From positions 128,001 to 192,000 of the forward strand of contig JAHPZA010000010.1 of NCBI GenBank assembly GCA_019058445.1: DNA of 64,000 nucleotides, in the 5' to 3' direction. A program made the position numbers and the translations under genes. This DNA comes from Promethearchaeota archaeon. Its GTDB lineage: Archaea; Asgardarchaeota; Lokiarchaeia; Sigyniarchaeales; SOKP01. Below, piece by piece: positions 50,819 through 60,730 of this stretch. Positions within the stretch are counted from its first letter, which is position 1. Each line of letters opens with the position of its first letter. The notes below the pieces were generated by a model. It saw only the letters and a program-made list of their open reading frames with translations. It was not told the origin of the DNA and did no database searches.

Positions 50819-52204
50819 TTGTCTAAAGAGAAAAAAGTGGTGGTCATCGGATTAGACTGTGCTGCACCTAAAACTCTTTTTGAGGATTTCATTGAAGATT
50901 GCCCTAATCTAAAAAAATTAATGACTAACGGAGTTTATGGTAAATTAAGAAGTTCTGATCCCCCGATTACCATTCCTGCGTGGATGGTTATGTCTACAGG
51001 TAAAAAAGCAGGAACTCTTGGGGTATATGGTTTTAGACATCGGAAAAATAACTCATACACAGATTTCTGGGTTGCCAATTCACAAACGATAAAAGAACCA
51101 AAAATATGGGATATTCTTGGAAGTCATGGATTAAAATCCATAATATTAGGTGTTCCTCCAACATATCCTGTGAAACCGCTCAAGGGTAACATGGTTTCGG
51201 GATTTATCACCCCTGATATTTTAGCAAATTTCACATATCCTCCCGAATTAAAAGCAGAAATCATAGAGAATATCGGAGATTATATATTGGATGCAAAATT
51301 TAGAACAAATGCGAAAGAACAATTACTAATTAACATTTATCAAATGACAAAAATTCACTTTAAAACCTTAAAATATTTGATGACAAACAAAGAATGGGAC
51401 TATGTTCAGTGTGTATTAATAGGACTAGACAGACTTCATCATGCTTTCTGGAAATATTATGATAAAACCCATCCAAAATATGAACCAGGTAATATTTTTG
51501 AATCTGTTATTAAAAAATACTATATATACTTAGATCAAGAAGTTGGAGAGATTTTAAACTTAATAGATGAAGATACTATCATTTTCATTGTGTCCGATCA
51601 TGGGGCAAAAGCCATGAAAGGAGTTCTCTGTATTAATATGGCGTTAGAAAAACTAGGCTTGCTAAAATTTAAGACTCCCCCTAAACCCAAAACAAGAATG
51701 CAAGATGCCGAAATTGATTGGAATAATACTTATGCATGGGGATGGGGAGGATATTATGCAAGGATTTTTCTTAATGTGAAAGGTAGAGAGAAGCATGGCA
51801 TTATTGAGCCGGATAAATATGAGGAATGGAGAGATAAATTAATAAAATTACTAAAAGAAATACCAGATATTACGGGAAACAAGATGAATACTAAAATTTA
51901 TCGTCCTGAGGAATTATTTGATATAATACGAGGAGATGCGCCTGATTTATTAGCATATTTTGATGACTTATATTGGAGATCTGCTGGTACAGTAGGATAT
52001 GATTCAATGTACCTTAATGAAAATGATACTGGGCCAGATGATGCGGTGCATGATTATTATGGGATTTTTCTGATCTATGATCCTAAAAAGAAATTGGGAA
52101 AAAAGCTAAAAACGCGTAATATTCTTGATATTGCTCCTACTATTTTAAATATATTTGAAATTGAAATTCCAGGTGATATGGAAGGAAAAATAATAAAAAT
52201 TTAA
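50819..52204 (+). CDS. Alkaline-phosphatase-superfamily protein (type I phosphodiesterase-like)
   Basis: GLDCA, PPITIPAW, DRLHH, SDHG, DDAVH, DIAPT; paralog of 7222..8472. Confidence 0.88.
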   Translation: MSKEKKVVVIGLDCAAPKTLFEDFIEDCPNLKKLMTNGVYGKLRSSDPPITIPAWMVMSTGKKAGTLGVYGFRHRKNNSYTDFWVANSQTIKEPKIWDILGSHGLKSIILGVPPTYPVKPLKGNMVSGFITPDILANFTYPPELKAEIIENIGDYILDAKFRTNAKEQLLINIYQMTKIHFKTLKYLMTNKEWDYVQCVLIGLDRLHHAFWKYYDKTHPKYEPGNIFESVIKKYYIYLDQEVGEILNLIDEDTIIFIVSDHGAKAMKGVLCINMALEKLGLLKFKTPPKPKTRMQDAEIDWNNTYAWGWGGYYARIFLNVKGREKHGIIEPDKYEEWRDKLIKLLKEIPDITGNKMNTKIYRPEELFDIIRGDAPDLLAYFDDLYWRSAGTVGYDSMYLNENDTGPDDAVHDYYGIFLIYDPKKKLGKKLKTRNILDIAPTILNIFEIEIPGDMEGKIIKI

Positions 52205-52224
52205 AAAAATAAAAAAATTGAGAA

Positions 52225-52764
52225 TTGAAAATGGAACATAAGGGGTTTACTCTTTGGTTTACAGGACTTCCATGTTCAGGGAAGTCAGTGCTTGCAGATG
52301 CCGTAGCGGAAGATTTAAAAAATAAAGGGATGAAAGTTGAACGATTAGACGGAGATATTGTAAGGAAAAGCTTAACTAGAGATTTAGGATTTAGTGAAGA
52401 AGATAGAAATAGAAATATTGAAAGGATAACATTTGTTGCAAAATTATTGACTCGTAATGGAGTCGCTGTTCTGGCATCTTTTGTTTCACCATATAACAAA
52501 ATACGAGCTTACTCACGTGAAGAGATTGGCGACTACATCTTAGTTTATGTCAAATGTCCCGTTGGAGTTTGTGAAGAAAGAGATGTGAAGGGAATGTATG
52601 CGAAAGCAAGAGCCGGGGAAATTAAAGACTTTACGGGGATTGATCACCCATTTGAGGAACCAGACAATCCAAATATTACTGTAGAAACAGATAAACAGAC
52701 AGTGGAAGAAAGCAAGCGTATTATATTAGAAGCTTTAGATGAAATGGGATATTTACCAAATTAA
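52225..52764 (+). CDS. cysC: Adenylyl-sulfate kinase
   Basis: WFTGLPCSGKS, LDGD, DLGFS..DR..NI.R, RDVKGMY, FTGID.PFE.P. Confidence 0.95.
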   Translation: MKMEHKGFTLWFTGLPCSGKSVLADAVAEDLKNKGMKVERLDGDIVRKSLTRDLGFSEEDRNRNIERITFVAKLLTRNGVAVLASFVSPYNKIRAYSREEIGDYILVYVKCPVGVCEERDVKGMYAKARAGEIKDFTGIDHPFEEPDNPNITVETDKQTVEESKRIILEALDEMGYLPN

Positions 52765-52793
52765 TGGATAAGTCTTTCAAATCAATAATGAAT

Positions 52794-54116
52794 CTAGATT
52801 AAATCTTTATTTTTTACTCTTTTTATATTAACCTTGTTAAATTTAAGCAATAATAACGAGTACATCATTATACTTAAAAGAAAAATCCATCTTAAATAAT
52901 AGAAGATAATCAGAGGATATTCTTTTAATCCAGGGATATAGTCATATATAAAAAATGTACTCCACGAAAAAAATATGACCACAATTGAAGAAATCCCAAT
53001 TATGACTATTTTATTGCTTTTGAAAAATTCAATCCCATGAACATTCTCATTTAAATGAGGTACATATAATAGGAGCACTAAAGAATATAATATTAATCCC
53101 AATAAGAAAGAATAAGAAAAGATTCCAATAAAAATATAAGCAATTGCAAAATATCCAAACTTCTCTTCAATCATCAATTTATCATTAAACATCAGGATTA
53201 ACGATATGACAAAAAGAGCAATACTAAATACTATTGCGTAATTTCTTATTTCACTTGGAGATAACTCAAGCCATTCTCTTAAATATATGAGTTTGAAATA
53301 ATTAGGCCTACGTGACGGACGATTAAACCCATCTATAAAAGAGAATATTTGAAATGGATAGATAATAAATAAAAAATTCTGAATAAAAAACCATAGGATT
53401 AAAATAAGATATTTTCTCTTATTCTCTCTATTAAATACATTCTTAAGGGAAATATCCTGAAATACGTATATCAATAAAAAAAAAACAAAATAGGGGGCCA
53501 TACCGATAGCAAACACAATCAAACCATAGTTTAAAACATAAAAATCAAACTCCTTAGGCCTCTCCTCTATTCTATATTGAAGTTCTCTTCTAAGAATAAA
53601 AAGTAAAATTACAAATGTGAGATACTTTGATTGGTTAAAATAAAATTGATAATATACAAAATACCCGTTGGAAATTATTAAAAGGAATATAAATCTATGG
53701 ACTTTCTCTTTTGAATCCATAAAAACGAGGATCTTGTTGAATTCTCTTATAGAAAATATACCTAAAACATAATTTATAATAAAAAAAACATAATAAGCAA
53801 TTTCATACGGGATTAATGATACCGTAACAGCAAAAAATAGCGCAAAACTTGGCATATAACGAAAACCACGAACTTCATAAAGATTGGCAGGATTAATAAA
53901 GATTTGCCTGCCAGATTCATAAAAAATAGAAAAATCATTCATTTGAGGATCAAAATCCCAGCTTACTAATGCGTAAATAGCCCATAAACCTATAAAAATA
54001 GGAGGAATTATTAAATATAAATTCTCTTTTATAAGATTTTTATGAAACAAACAAAATAAAATAATAATAAATATGAGGATAAAAATTGTCAAAAAAACTA
54101 TGATATAATTAAGCAA
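52794..54116 (-). CDS. Polytopic GT87/DUF2029-like membrane glycosyltransferase
   Basis: TM then DFSIFY..G....NP.NLY....RYMPSF, FNQ; about 11 TMs. Confidence 0.65.
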   Translation of the reverse strand: MLNYIIVFLTIFILIFIIILFCLFHKNLIKENLYLIIPPIFIGLWAIYALVSWDFDPQMNDFSIFYESGRQIFINPANLYEVRGFRYMPSFALFFAVTVSLIPYEIAYYVFFIINYVLGIFSIREFNKILVFMDSKEKVHRFIFLLIISNGYFVYYQFYFNQSKYLTFVILLFILRRELQYRIEERPKEFDFYVLNYGLIVFAIGMAPYFVFFLLIYVFQDISLKNVFNRENKRKYLILILWFFIQNFLFIIYPFQIFSFIDGFNRPSRRPNYFKLIYLREWLELSPSEIRNYAIVFSIALFVISLILMFNDKLMIEEKFGYFAIAYIFIGIFSYSFLLGLILYSLVLLLYVPHLNENVHGIEFFKSNKIVIIGISSIVVIFFSWSTFFIYDYIPGLKEYPLIIFYYLRWIFLLSIMMYSLLLLKFNKVNIKRVKNKDLI

Positions 54117-54210
54117 TAAGTTATTTCACGCTTGGCTTATGTATTAACATTTTATAAATTAGTTAAATTATCAAATAATCTTAAATTATTCTAAAAATTC
54201 ACATAAAGCA

Positions 54211-54607
54211 ATGCGATTTACGAAAGTTATCGCTGATGTTTTAAATATCTCTGAAAGAACTGCATAGAGACAAGTTGGAGTAGGAAACGCGATAATATAG
54301 GGAAACTTTGACAGTAGCATCATAGAAGAGTACAAAAATGGGAAAATATTTCATACTGAAATGCGTAAAACAATTTAAAAAAATTCGACAAAATGAAAAA
54401 GTTAGAAAGCCAAATGAAAAAGAAAAGAAAATCATTATTATTATTCAAGCAAAACAAAAAAATCAGTAAAACAAATATTGCATTAATTGTAAAAAAGCTA
54501 AAGCATCAACTTGTCCCTGCTGTAATAAAATGGTTATAATTTGTGATAAAGGGTATTTTGTTTTAATGGAAAAGGATACTAAAGCCTGTAAGGATTATGA
54601 AGGTTAA
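54211..54607 (+). pseudogene. Remnant of an HTH + Cys-rich (Zn-binding) protein
   Basis: Own translation MRFTKVIADVLNISERTA*RQVGVGNAII*GNFDSSIIEEYKNGK..., then after frameshifts YCINCKKAKASTCPCCNKMVIICDKGYFVLMEKDTKACKDYEG*. Confidence 0.55.
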
Positions 54608-54645
54608 ATTATTTGTTTAATTCATTTTTTTAGGTTTTTTTCTAT

Positions 54646-56328
54646 TTAATAAATCATTTCAGGAGGCGGAGGTTTCAAACAAAAACCACATTTCCCAAAT
54701 GATTTAATCGTTTGTTCCCAACAATGTTTATGATAAGCTCGCTCACAGTGCGGACATTCAACATGACACGATTCTCTTCGCCCTGCAATTCTTATACCAC
54801 ACGTAGGGCATTCTATTTTATGACATATAACACATGCTACCACAGAAACTTCGAATATTTTCTCTGAAATTAAATTAAATAAATCAATTAAATAGCTATA
54901 AGGAGTCCACTCCTCAAAAAAATCCTTGAATGACGATTGGAGATCAGACTTGATTTTTTCATGAGTATCTATCTCAAACTCATTTAAAACTTTTATATTC
55001 GGCATTTTCATAGGATAATCTTTCGGTAAATTTATCTGAAACTCAAATGTAATGTCTTGAGTTTTCATTTTCCCTTTCATATTTAGCTTTAAAGTTTGGG
55101 TGGTATTTTCATATTTCAAATCCTTATAATGCTCATTTAATAATTCAATTTCAAAATTTATCCGTGAATTCTTATCTACAAGCCACGCGATTTCTCTAAT
55201 AATTTCGACGGGCTCAGATTCATTTTCTTTCCAATTTTTGTAAGAATTTAAAGAATTAATCGGTGTGTGAATAATATTCTGCAACTCAGAGGATAAAATA
55301 ACCTCAGGCGGCTTAGGATAGGCCGTCAAATCAAGTTCTAATACATACTCTTTAAATCCATAAGTCACTAAATGAACCTTTAATTTCGTAATTTCACCCT
55401 CTATTTCTTCACATTTATATTCATTAAGGATTTTCTTAGCCTCATTTTCAATATGTGTTATAATTTGCAGATTATTTTCGATTTCATGCAAAATATCGAT
55501 GATATGCACTGGTTTCTTGACATTCCATTTCTTTAGCATATTTATTGATTCATATGGATTTCCCAAAATGTTTATAAGTTGCTCTGGCAGTGATATGATG
55601 GGTTTTTGTGGATATTCCATAAAATTTATGTCTATTATGAAAGTTTTTGTTATAGTTAGAGTCATATATATTGTAATATCAGCAGGATTTTGCCCTTTTT
55701 GGTCATATGCATAGTACTGCTGTATCAATCCTAATTCTGTACTAATTTCTACACCAATTGGCTGAGGTTCTTCAATACTCTCTTCATATTTTTCTTGTTG
55801 TGTTGTTTTTGAACTCTCTATTGGATAATCTTCAGCTTTTGAGGGGACTTGATCGGTAGGTTCTGAATAAAATAAGGCATCACTAGAATTGATTTGAATA
55901 TTGTTCTCGAGTTCAGGAGGGTAAGCATCAAGATCAGGGGTAATATACTCCTCAGAATCTGCCTGTTCAATTTTTACTTCTGATATTTGAACCGGTTGTT
56001 GAACATTAGTCGTTTTTTTCATTGTTTCTTGTATCTTAAGATTTAACTCTTTTAAAATATCAACTACCGCTGAACCGGGAGTCCACATTCTCAACTTGTT
56101 TAACTTTACATTACCTAATAAATTTTTTATCGCATTATGATATATAAGCTGAGGGGGAGAATCGGGAAAATCTTCACCGAACTTAATCTCTAATTCATAT
56201 TTCTTCTCTGGTGTCTCATACACATGGCCGTATAAATGCGCAATATTCCCTGACACCATCCAAAAAGAAAATTCTGAAGCGATTTTTTGCGCTTCTTTCA
56301 AAATTCGTTGTCCATCCATAGAATTCAC
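54646..56328 (-). CDS. Multi-UEV/RWD-domain protein with C-terminal C4HC3 RING; FANCL-like putative E3 ubiquitin ligase
   Basis: Four [FY]Pxx(x)P...W..(I/L)xx(I/L)xx(I/L) E2-like repeats; C-terminal CVIC..CPTC..C..CPHC....HKHCW.........CGFC. Confidence 0.75.
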   Translation of the reverse strand: MNSMDGQRILKEAQKIASEFSFWMVSGNIAHLYGHVYETPEKKYELEIKFGEDFPDSPPQLIYHNAIKNLLGNVKLNKLRMWTPGSAVVDILKELNLKIQETMKKTTNVQQPVQISEVKIEQADSEEYITPDLDAYPPELENNIQINSSDALFYSEPTDQVPSKAEDYPIESSKTTQQEKYEESIEEPQPIGVEISTELGLIQQYYAYDQKGQNPADITIYMTLTITKTFIIDINFMEYPQKPIISLPEQLINILGNPYESINMLKKWNVKKPVHIIDILHEIENNLQIITHIENEAKKILNEYKCEEIEGEITKLKVHLVTYGFKEYVLELDLTAYPKPPEVILSSELQNIIHTPINSLNSYKNWKENESEPVEIIREIAWLVDKNSRINFEIELLNEHYKDLKYENTTQTLKLNMKGKMKTQDITFEFQINLPKDYPMKMPNIKVLNEFEIDTHEKIKSDLQSSFKDFFEEWTPYSYLIDLFNLISEKIFEVSVVACVICHKIECPTCGIRIAGRRESCHVECPHCERAYHKHCWEQTIKSFGKCGFCLKPPPPEMIY

Positions 56329-56526
56329 AATAAAATATCTAATTTTTGCTCTATATAAAATGATTAAAGATTATTCTTAAAAATCTTTTTAGATGTTTTT
56401 TCGTGAAAAATTATTGATTCATTTCAATTAATTTCTTGAGTATCACAATTATATAATTTTAAGAAAATTCAAATAATCTTATAAATAATTTAATTTTATA
56501 GATTTGAAACCACAACTCATAAAAAG

Positions 56527-59500
56527 ATGTACCAAAAATCAAAAAATAAGCATTTAATATCCTTAATAATATTAATTACCCTTATGTTTATTTTTTCTTC
56601 ATTAACAAACCAAAATTATTTAATAAACTCTAATAATTCTATTTCTGATTATAAGAAGGAATCTGATGAAGAAGATATTAAATCGATCAATCAGTATCCG
56701 GTAATTTCAGATATCAATTATATTAATAGCAAATATAATATATCTGACTGGTGGAATACAACTTTTAGATATCGCATTTGCATAGAATTAGAAGAAATCG
56801 ATTCTATCAACCGATACCAACCATTAGACATATTTTTAGTGTTTCAAGAAAATGAACATTTTGTAAATACATCCCGGTTGGTAAGTTATAATGCGACAGG
56901 ATTGAATGAATGGAGCAATCCAGTACCTATTCAATTATGGAACATAACCTATTGCCAAAATACAAATTATATAAAGACCTGTACAATAACTTTTATAGCG
57001 AATATAACAGCTAATTCGAATAAATTGTACTTCTTTTACTATAATGATAATAATGAAGGAATTGAAATTCCAAATTATAAAACCGAATTTTCTACTATTT
57101 TATCGAATGGAAAACTTAATGTGACTGTTGGACCTCAAGGATCAAAATATCAAGCTTTAATTGAAGAAGGTTATGGTATATCCGAATTTCAAAAAGATGG
57201 AATTAATTATCATACAAAATATTCATTAACTCCTGAGAAGCAGTTAAATCATCAATCTGTTGAGTTATTATTACATTGTGACGAAGAGAGTGGTTCAGTG
57301 ATTTATGACTCTTCTTATAATGAGCTTGAAGGAGATCTCATAGGAAATTCAGAATTTAACATAGGTGTCTTACATAATGGTATAAAATTTGATGGAATTG
57401 GTGATTATATCACATTTGATGATAAATTAAACAGACCATTTGGATCCACAAGTAAAGCATTTACGATTACAATGTGGATTATGCCTACTTCATTGAGTAA
57501 TTCGAGTAGTAATCATGGTGTTATGAATTGCTTTATGGCAAAAGCCAGTAAACCCTATAGTGATAATTTTGAATTAGGAATATTTAAAGAAAATAATACA
57601 CACGGTTTGTTGCATGTATATATTGGAACGGCACTTATACATAAGCAATCGATATATGGTGATGTAATGAGTAATCCAATTTTAACTAATGAGTGGAACT
57701 TTATCGCTGTTAGATATTTTGAAGGAAATGTTGATGTTCAAATTAATGATGTTATTTATGGAAAAGATATAAATAATACAGAACCTTGGGATGGATCCGT
57801 ATATCTTGACCAAGCTAGCGGAAGTCATTTTACATTAGGAGGCACATTAGACAGTGACATCTATTATAATGGAACTTTGGATGAGATTGTTGTATATAAT
57901 AGCTCAATTAGCAATGTTGAAATAAATAATAACAAATTAGCAAAAAAAAAATCATCTATTAATTCTATAATCGAAATCGAGAGTGGTATTATCTTTTCTA
58001 GATATAAAATCCTCTGGAATCCTATTTTTGATATGAATATTGAAGATATTATTACATTCTATAATGATTATAATCTTTGGAATATTTATCGGAGTATATA
58101 TTTTGATAATCCATTTGATCCTGATAAAGCCTCTATGAATGCTCTAAATACGTATTATAATTTAACTGAAATATACAACCAGCAAGAGGGTAAGTATTTT
58201 TATGATAGTAAGGTTAAACAAAATATTATTTCAGCAGGATTTAACGTAGAAAATTATTCCATAATTCATATCCCGAAACCTTATAACGTGAGTTTTGGAA
58301 TTTTTATAGCAGATTATATGGTTTCTGATATTTTATATACTTCTGTATCTGAATTTAAAGGAAAATTAACCTATAACAAGAATATTACAGAATTTACACC
58401 AGGTTCTATTAATGACTTTGATAATAATGATGGAGGGAGTAATTTCAAATTAAATATTGATTTATGGGAATTTATTGATACCATTAATCAGTCAGGAAGT
58501 TTGAATGACAATGATTTATTAAACTATTTCAATAATACTTTAGTTTCACTAAGAAATCCCATAGATATTAAAATTTACCATCAAGAAGCTTTATTTTATA
58601 CATTAGTAATCCATGTTGAGGATATAGATAATAACCCCGTTAATCAAGCCACAGTTTCTCTTTATAACTTGACGAATAATGGAAATATAGATCAATGCAT
58701 ATCAAAACAAAAAACAAGTTTAGGGGGTAATACTACTTTTAAATATCTCAAAAACGATACTTATACTGTAAATTTAACCTATGAGAAGTATGGTCAACCT
58801 GCTTTTCAGGTTATTCATAATCCTGTTAATATAACAGTAAATGAAACAAACTCAGACAGATTTGGTAAAATTACTTACAATTTCTACAATGTAAGTCTTA
58901 CCTCTCTCAAGATGAAAGTGCAAAGAATTGACCCTGATACACATGAAATTAAAGAGCCTGTTGTAAACGCTAATGTATCATTTTGGATCAATAATGGGAG
59001 TGGGAATAAACATATAGGTTATGAGTTAACTGATATTTCTGGTATGGCAATATTTCAGTGGAGAAATTTTTCCTCTGCTAACGATGGAAATATCACTTTT
59101 GCGATAATCTGGTATGACAATCCACATAATATTTCTACAGAGGGAGATTTACTTAAAGAAAATTCAACTCATATCACGTTATATTTTTATAGGGGAAATA
59201 TTATTGTTGTCAATTTGACATCTTATAAATTTGCAACCGCTCTTGTGGAATCTATCCCTGATGGTGTATACATTGGAGATGAAATAACCTTCCAAGTGAA
59301 CTATTCTTATACCATAAATTACACGGATATAAAACCTATAGAAAATGCAAGAGTATATTATTATATTAAGATCGATAATACAAATATAAGTTCAAAATTA
59401 ATCGAATTCAATGAGACAACAATAAAGGGGACTTATAGTACAAAGATTAATACTTCTAATCCTGAAGATCCAAATATTAATTTTTTAGCAGAAATTTCCT

Positions 59501-60702
59501 ATAGGATGGTTATTCACGCTTCTAAAGCAGGATATATCCCTACTACGACAATTATATTATTTGAACTCTTATTTAAAAGCACCAATTTAACCTCTGATCA
59601 AAATTATAGAGAAGTTGTTTGGAATGAAAATTTTACTTTAGAAGTATATTATGAAGATATACATAATTTACCTTATAAAGGAATTGATGGAGCTTCAGTT
59701 AATTATTCGGTTATTGGAATGCCGAATATTAATGGTTCTATTTTCCCAAATGGAATAGATGGGTGGTATCAACTTGAATTAAATAGTTCAATTTTTAATA
59801 TTACAGGTGAATATGATATAAAGATTACAGCAAATAAAAAATTCTATGAATTTAAAACTATTTTTATTGAAATAAAAATCTTAGCAAGACCGACTTTAAT
59901 TAATGGGAAACCGCAGTTACAAAACAAGATATATAACTTGTATTTTGGGGAAATGAGAAATTTTACTATATCTTATACAGATGAGTTTTTAAATGAGACT
60001 ATTATTGACCTTGATGATCAGTCATATATATGGAAGATATATGATGTCGATTTTAAATTAATTGCTCAGGGTGAAAGAAATCTAATTTTAAATGAAGAAA
60101 ATCTTTATGTTTTAGATTCTAAGGATTTCCGTAATTTTCTTGGAACAATTACTTTTGAAATAATTTTATTTAAAATGAACTATGAAGAAAAAGAAATTAA
60201 ACTTATATATAATATTGTTGAAAATGAATTTGAATATGAATTAAGTACAGGTTTTAAAGAGAAGAATATAGAAATGGAAAAAGACATTTCGAAAAAATTA
60301 AGAATTAAGCTTTTTACTCCTTCTTTAGGAAATGTTCCTTTAACTGGAGCAAAAGTTATTTTGAATATTAAAGATAAAGATTATGATTTTATAGAAATTG
60401 AGGATGGCTTATATGAATTAGATTATAAACAAGAAGAAGTTGATACAACTTTTTTTAAATCTGAGTATTTTCAAGGTAAAATAGATATAACTATATATGG
60501 ATATGAAGATAAGAATATCAATGTAAATATTATTATTAAAAGAGAAGAGATTTTTCCAGGAGTACCTATATTTTACTTTTTGCTATTTTTAGGGGCAATC
60601 TTTTTTGTATTAGGAATTACCATAATAGATAAATTAATCAAAATAGAATCTTTTACTATATTAATAAAGAAACTTAAAAAGAATAACGTAATGAAAAAAT
60701 AA
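56527..60702 (+). CDS. Large cell-surface glycoprotein (signal/TM, LamG-like domain, beta-sandwich repeats, C-terminal TM)
   Basis: N-terminal hydrophobic helix; WWN..FRYR; LamG (FDGIGDYI, FTITMWI, W.FIAV.Y, YNGTLDEIVVYN); C-terminal TM plus Lys tail; many NxS/T sequons. Confidence 0.8.
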   Translation: MYQKSKNKHLISLIILITLMFIFSSLTNQNYLINSNNSISDYKKESDEEDIKSINQYPVISDINYINSKYNISDWWNTTFRYRICIELEEIDSINRYQPLDIFLVFQENEHFVNTSRLVSYNATGLNEWSNPVPIQLWNITYCQNTNYIKTCTITFIANITANSNKLYFFYYNDNNEGIEIPNYKTEFSTILSNGKLNVTVGPQGSKYQALIEEGYGISEFQKDGINYHTKYSLTPEKQLNHQSVELLLHCDEESGSVIYDSSYNELEGDLIGNSEFNIGVLHNGIKFDGIGDYITFDDKLNRPFGSTSKAFTITMWIMPTSLSNSSSNHGVMNCFMAKASKPYSDNFELGIFKENNTHGLLHVYIGTALIHKQSIYGDVMSNPILTNEWNFIAVRYFEGNVDVQINDVIYGKDINNTEPWDGSVYLDQASGSHFTLGGTLDSDIYYNGTLDEIVVYNSSISNVEINNNKLAKKKSSINSIIEIESGIIFSRYKILWNPIFDMNIEDIITFYNDYNLWNIYRSIYFDNPFDPDKASMNALNTYYNLTEIYNQQEGKYFYDSKVKQNIISAGFNVENYSIIHIPKPYNVSFGIFIADYMVSDILYTSVSEFKGKLTYNKNITEFTPGSINDFDNNDGGSNFKLNIDLWEFIDTINQSGSLNDNDLLNYFNNTLVSLRNPIDIKIYHQEALFYTLVIHVEDIDNNPVNQATVSLYNLTNNGNIDQCISKQKTSLGGNTTFKYLKNDTYTVNLTYEKYGQPAFQVIHNPVNITVNETNSDRFGKITYNFYNVSLTSLKMKVQRIDPDTHEIKEPVVNANVSFWINNGSGNKHIGYELTDISGMAIFQWRNFSSANDGNITFAIIWYDNPHNISTEGDLLKENSTHITLYFYRGNIIVVNLTSYKFATALVESIPDGVYIGDEITFQVNYSYTINYTDIKPIENARVYYYIKIDNTNISSKLIEFNETTIKGTYSTKINTSNPEDPNINFLAEISYRMVIHASKAGYIPTTTIILFELLFKSTNLTSDQNYREVVWNENFTLEVYYEDIHNLPYKGIDGASVNYSVIGMPNINGSIFPNGIDGWYQLELNSSIFNITGEYDIKITANKKFYEFKTIFIEIKILARPTLINGKPQLQNKIYNLYFGEMRNFTISYTDEFLNETIIDLDDQSYIWKIYDVDFKLIAQGERNLILNEENLYVLDSKDFRNFLGTITFEIILFKMNYEEKEIKLIYNIVENEFEYELSTGFKEKNIEMEKDISKKLRIKLFTPSLGNVPLTGAKVILNIKDKDYDFIEIEDGLYELDYKQEEVDTTFFKSEYFQGKIDITIYGYEDKNINVNIIIKREEIFPGVPIFYFLLFLGAIFFVLGITIIDKLIKIESFTILIKKLKKNNVMKK

Positions 60703-60730
60703 AAAAAATTCCCTCAAAAAATTAGATTTC

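Noticed and set aside
28136-54300. In-frame TAG codons in two pseudogenes as possible pyrrolysine or stop recoding
   Set aside because: The same remnants also contain TAA stops or frameshifts, and intact genes end in TAG (e.g. 16969, 32940).
54241-54435. 64-aa minus-strand ORF
   Set aside because: It is antisense to the more convincing + strand HTH pseudogene.
2363-55714. Many short ORFs antisense to or nested in long genes (e.g. 2363-2638, 4280-4480, 9595-9810, 36228-36683, 44725-46636, 52140-52499, 55499-55714)
   Set aside because: They overlap well-supported genes and have no motifs; shadow ORFs.
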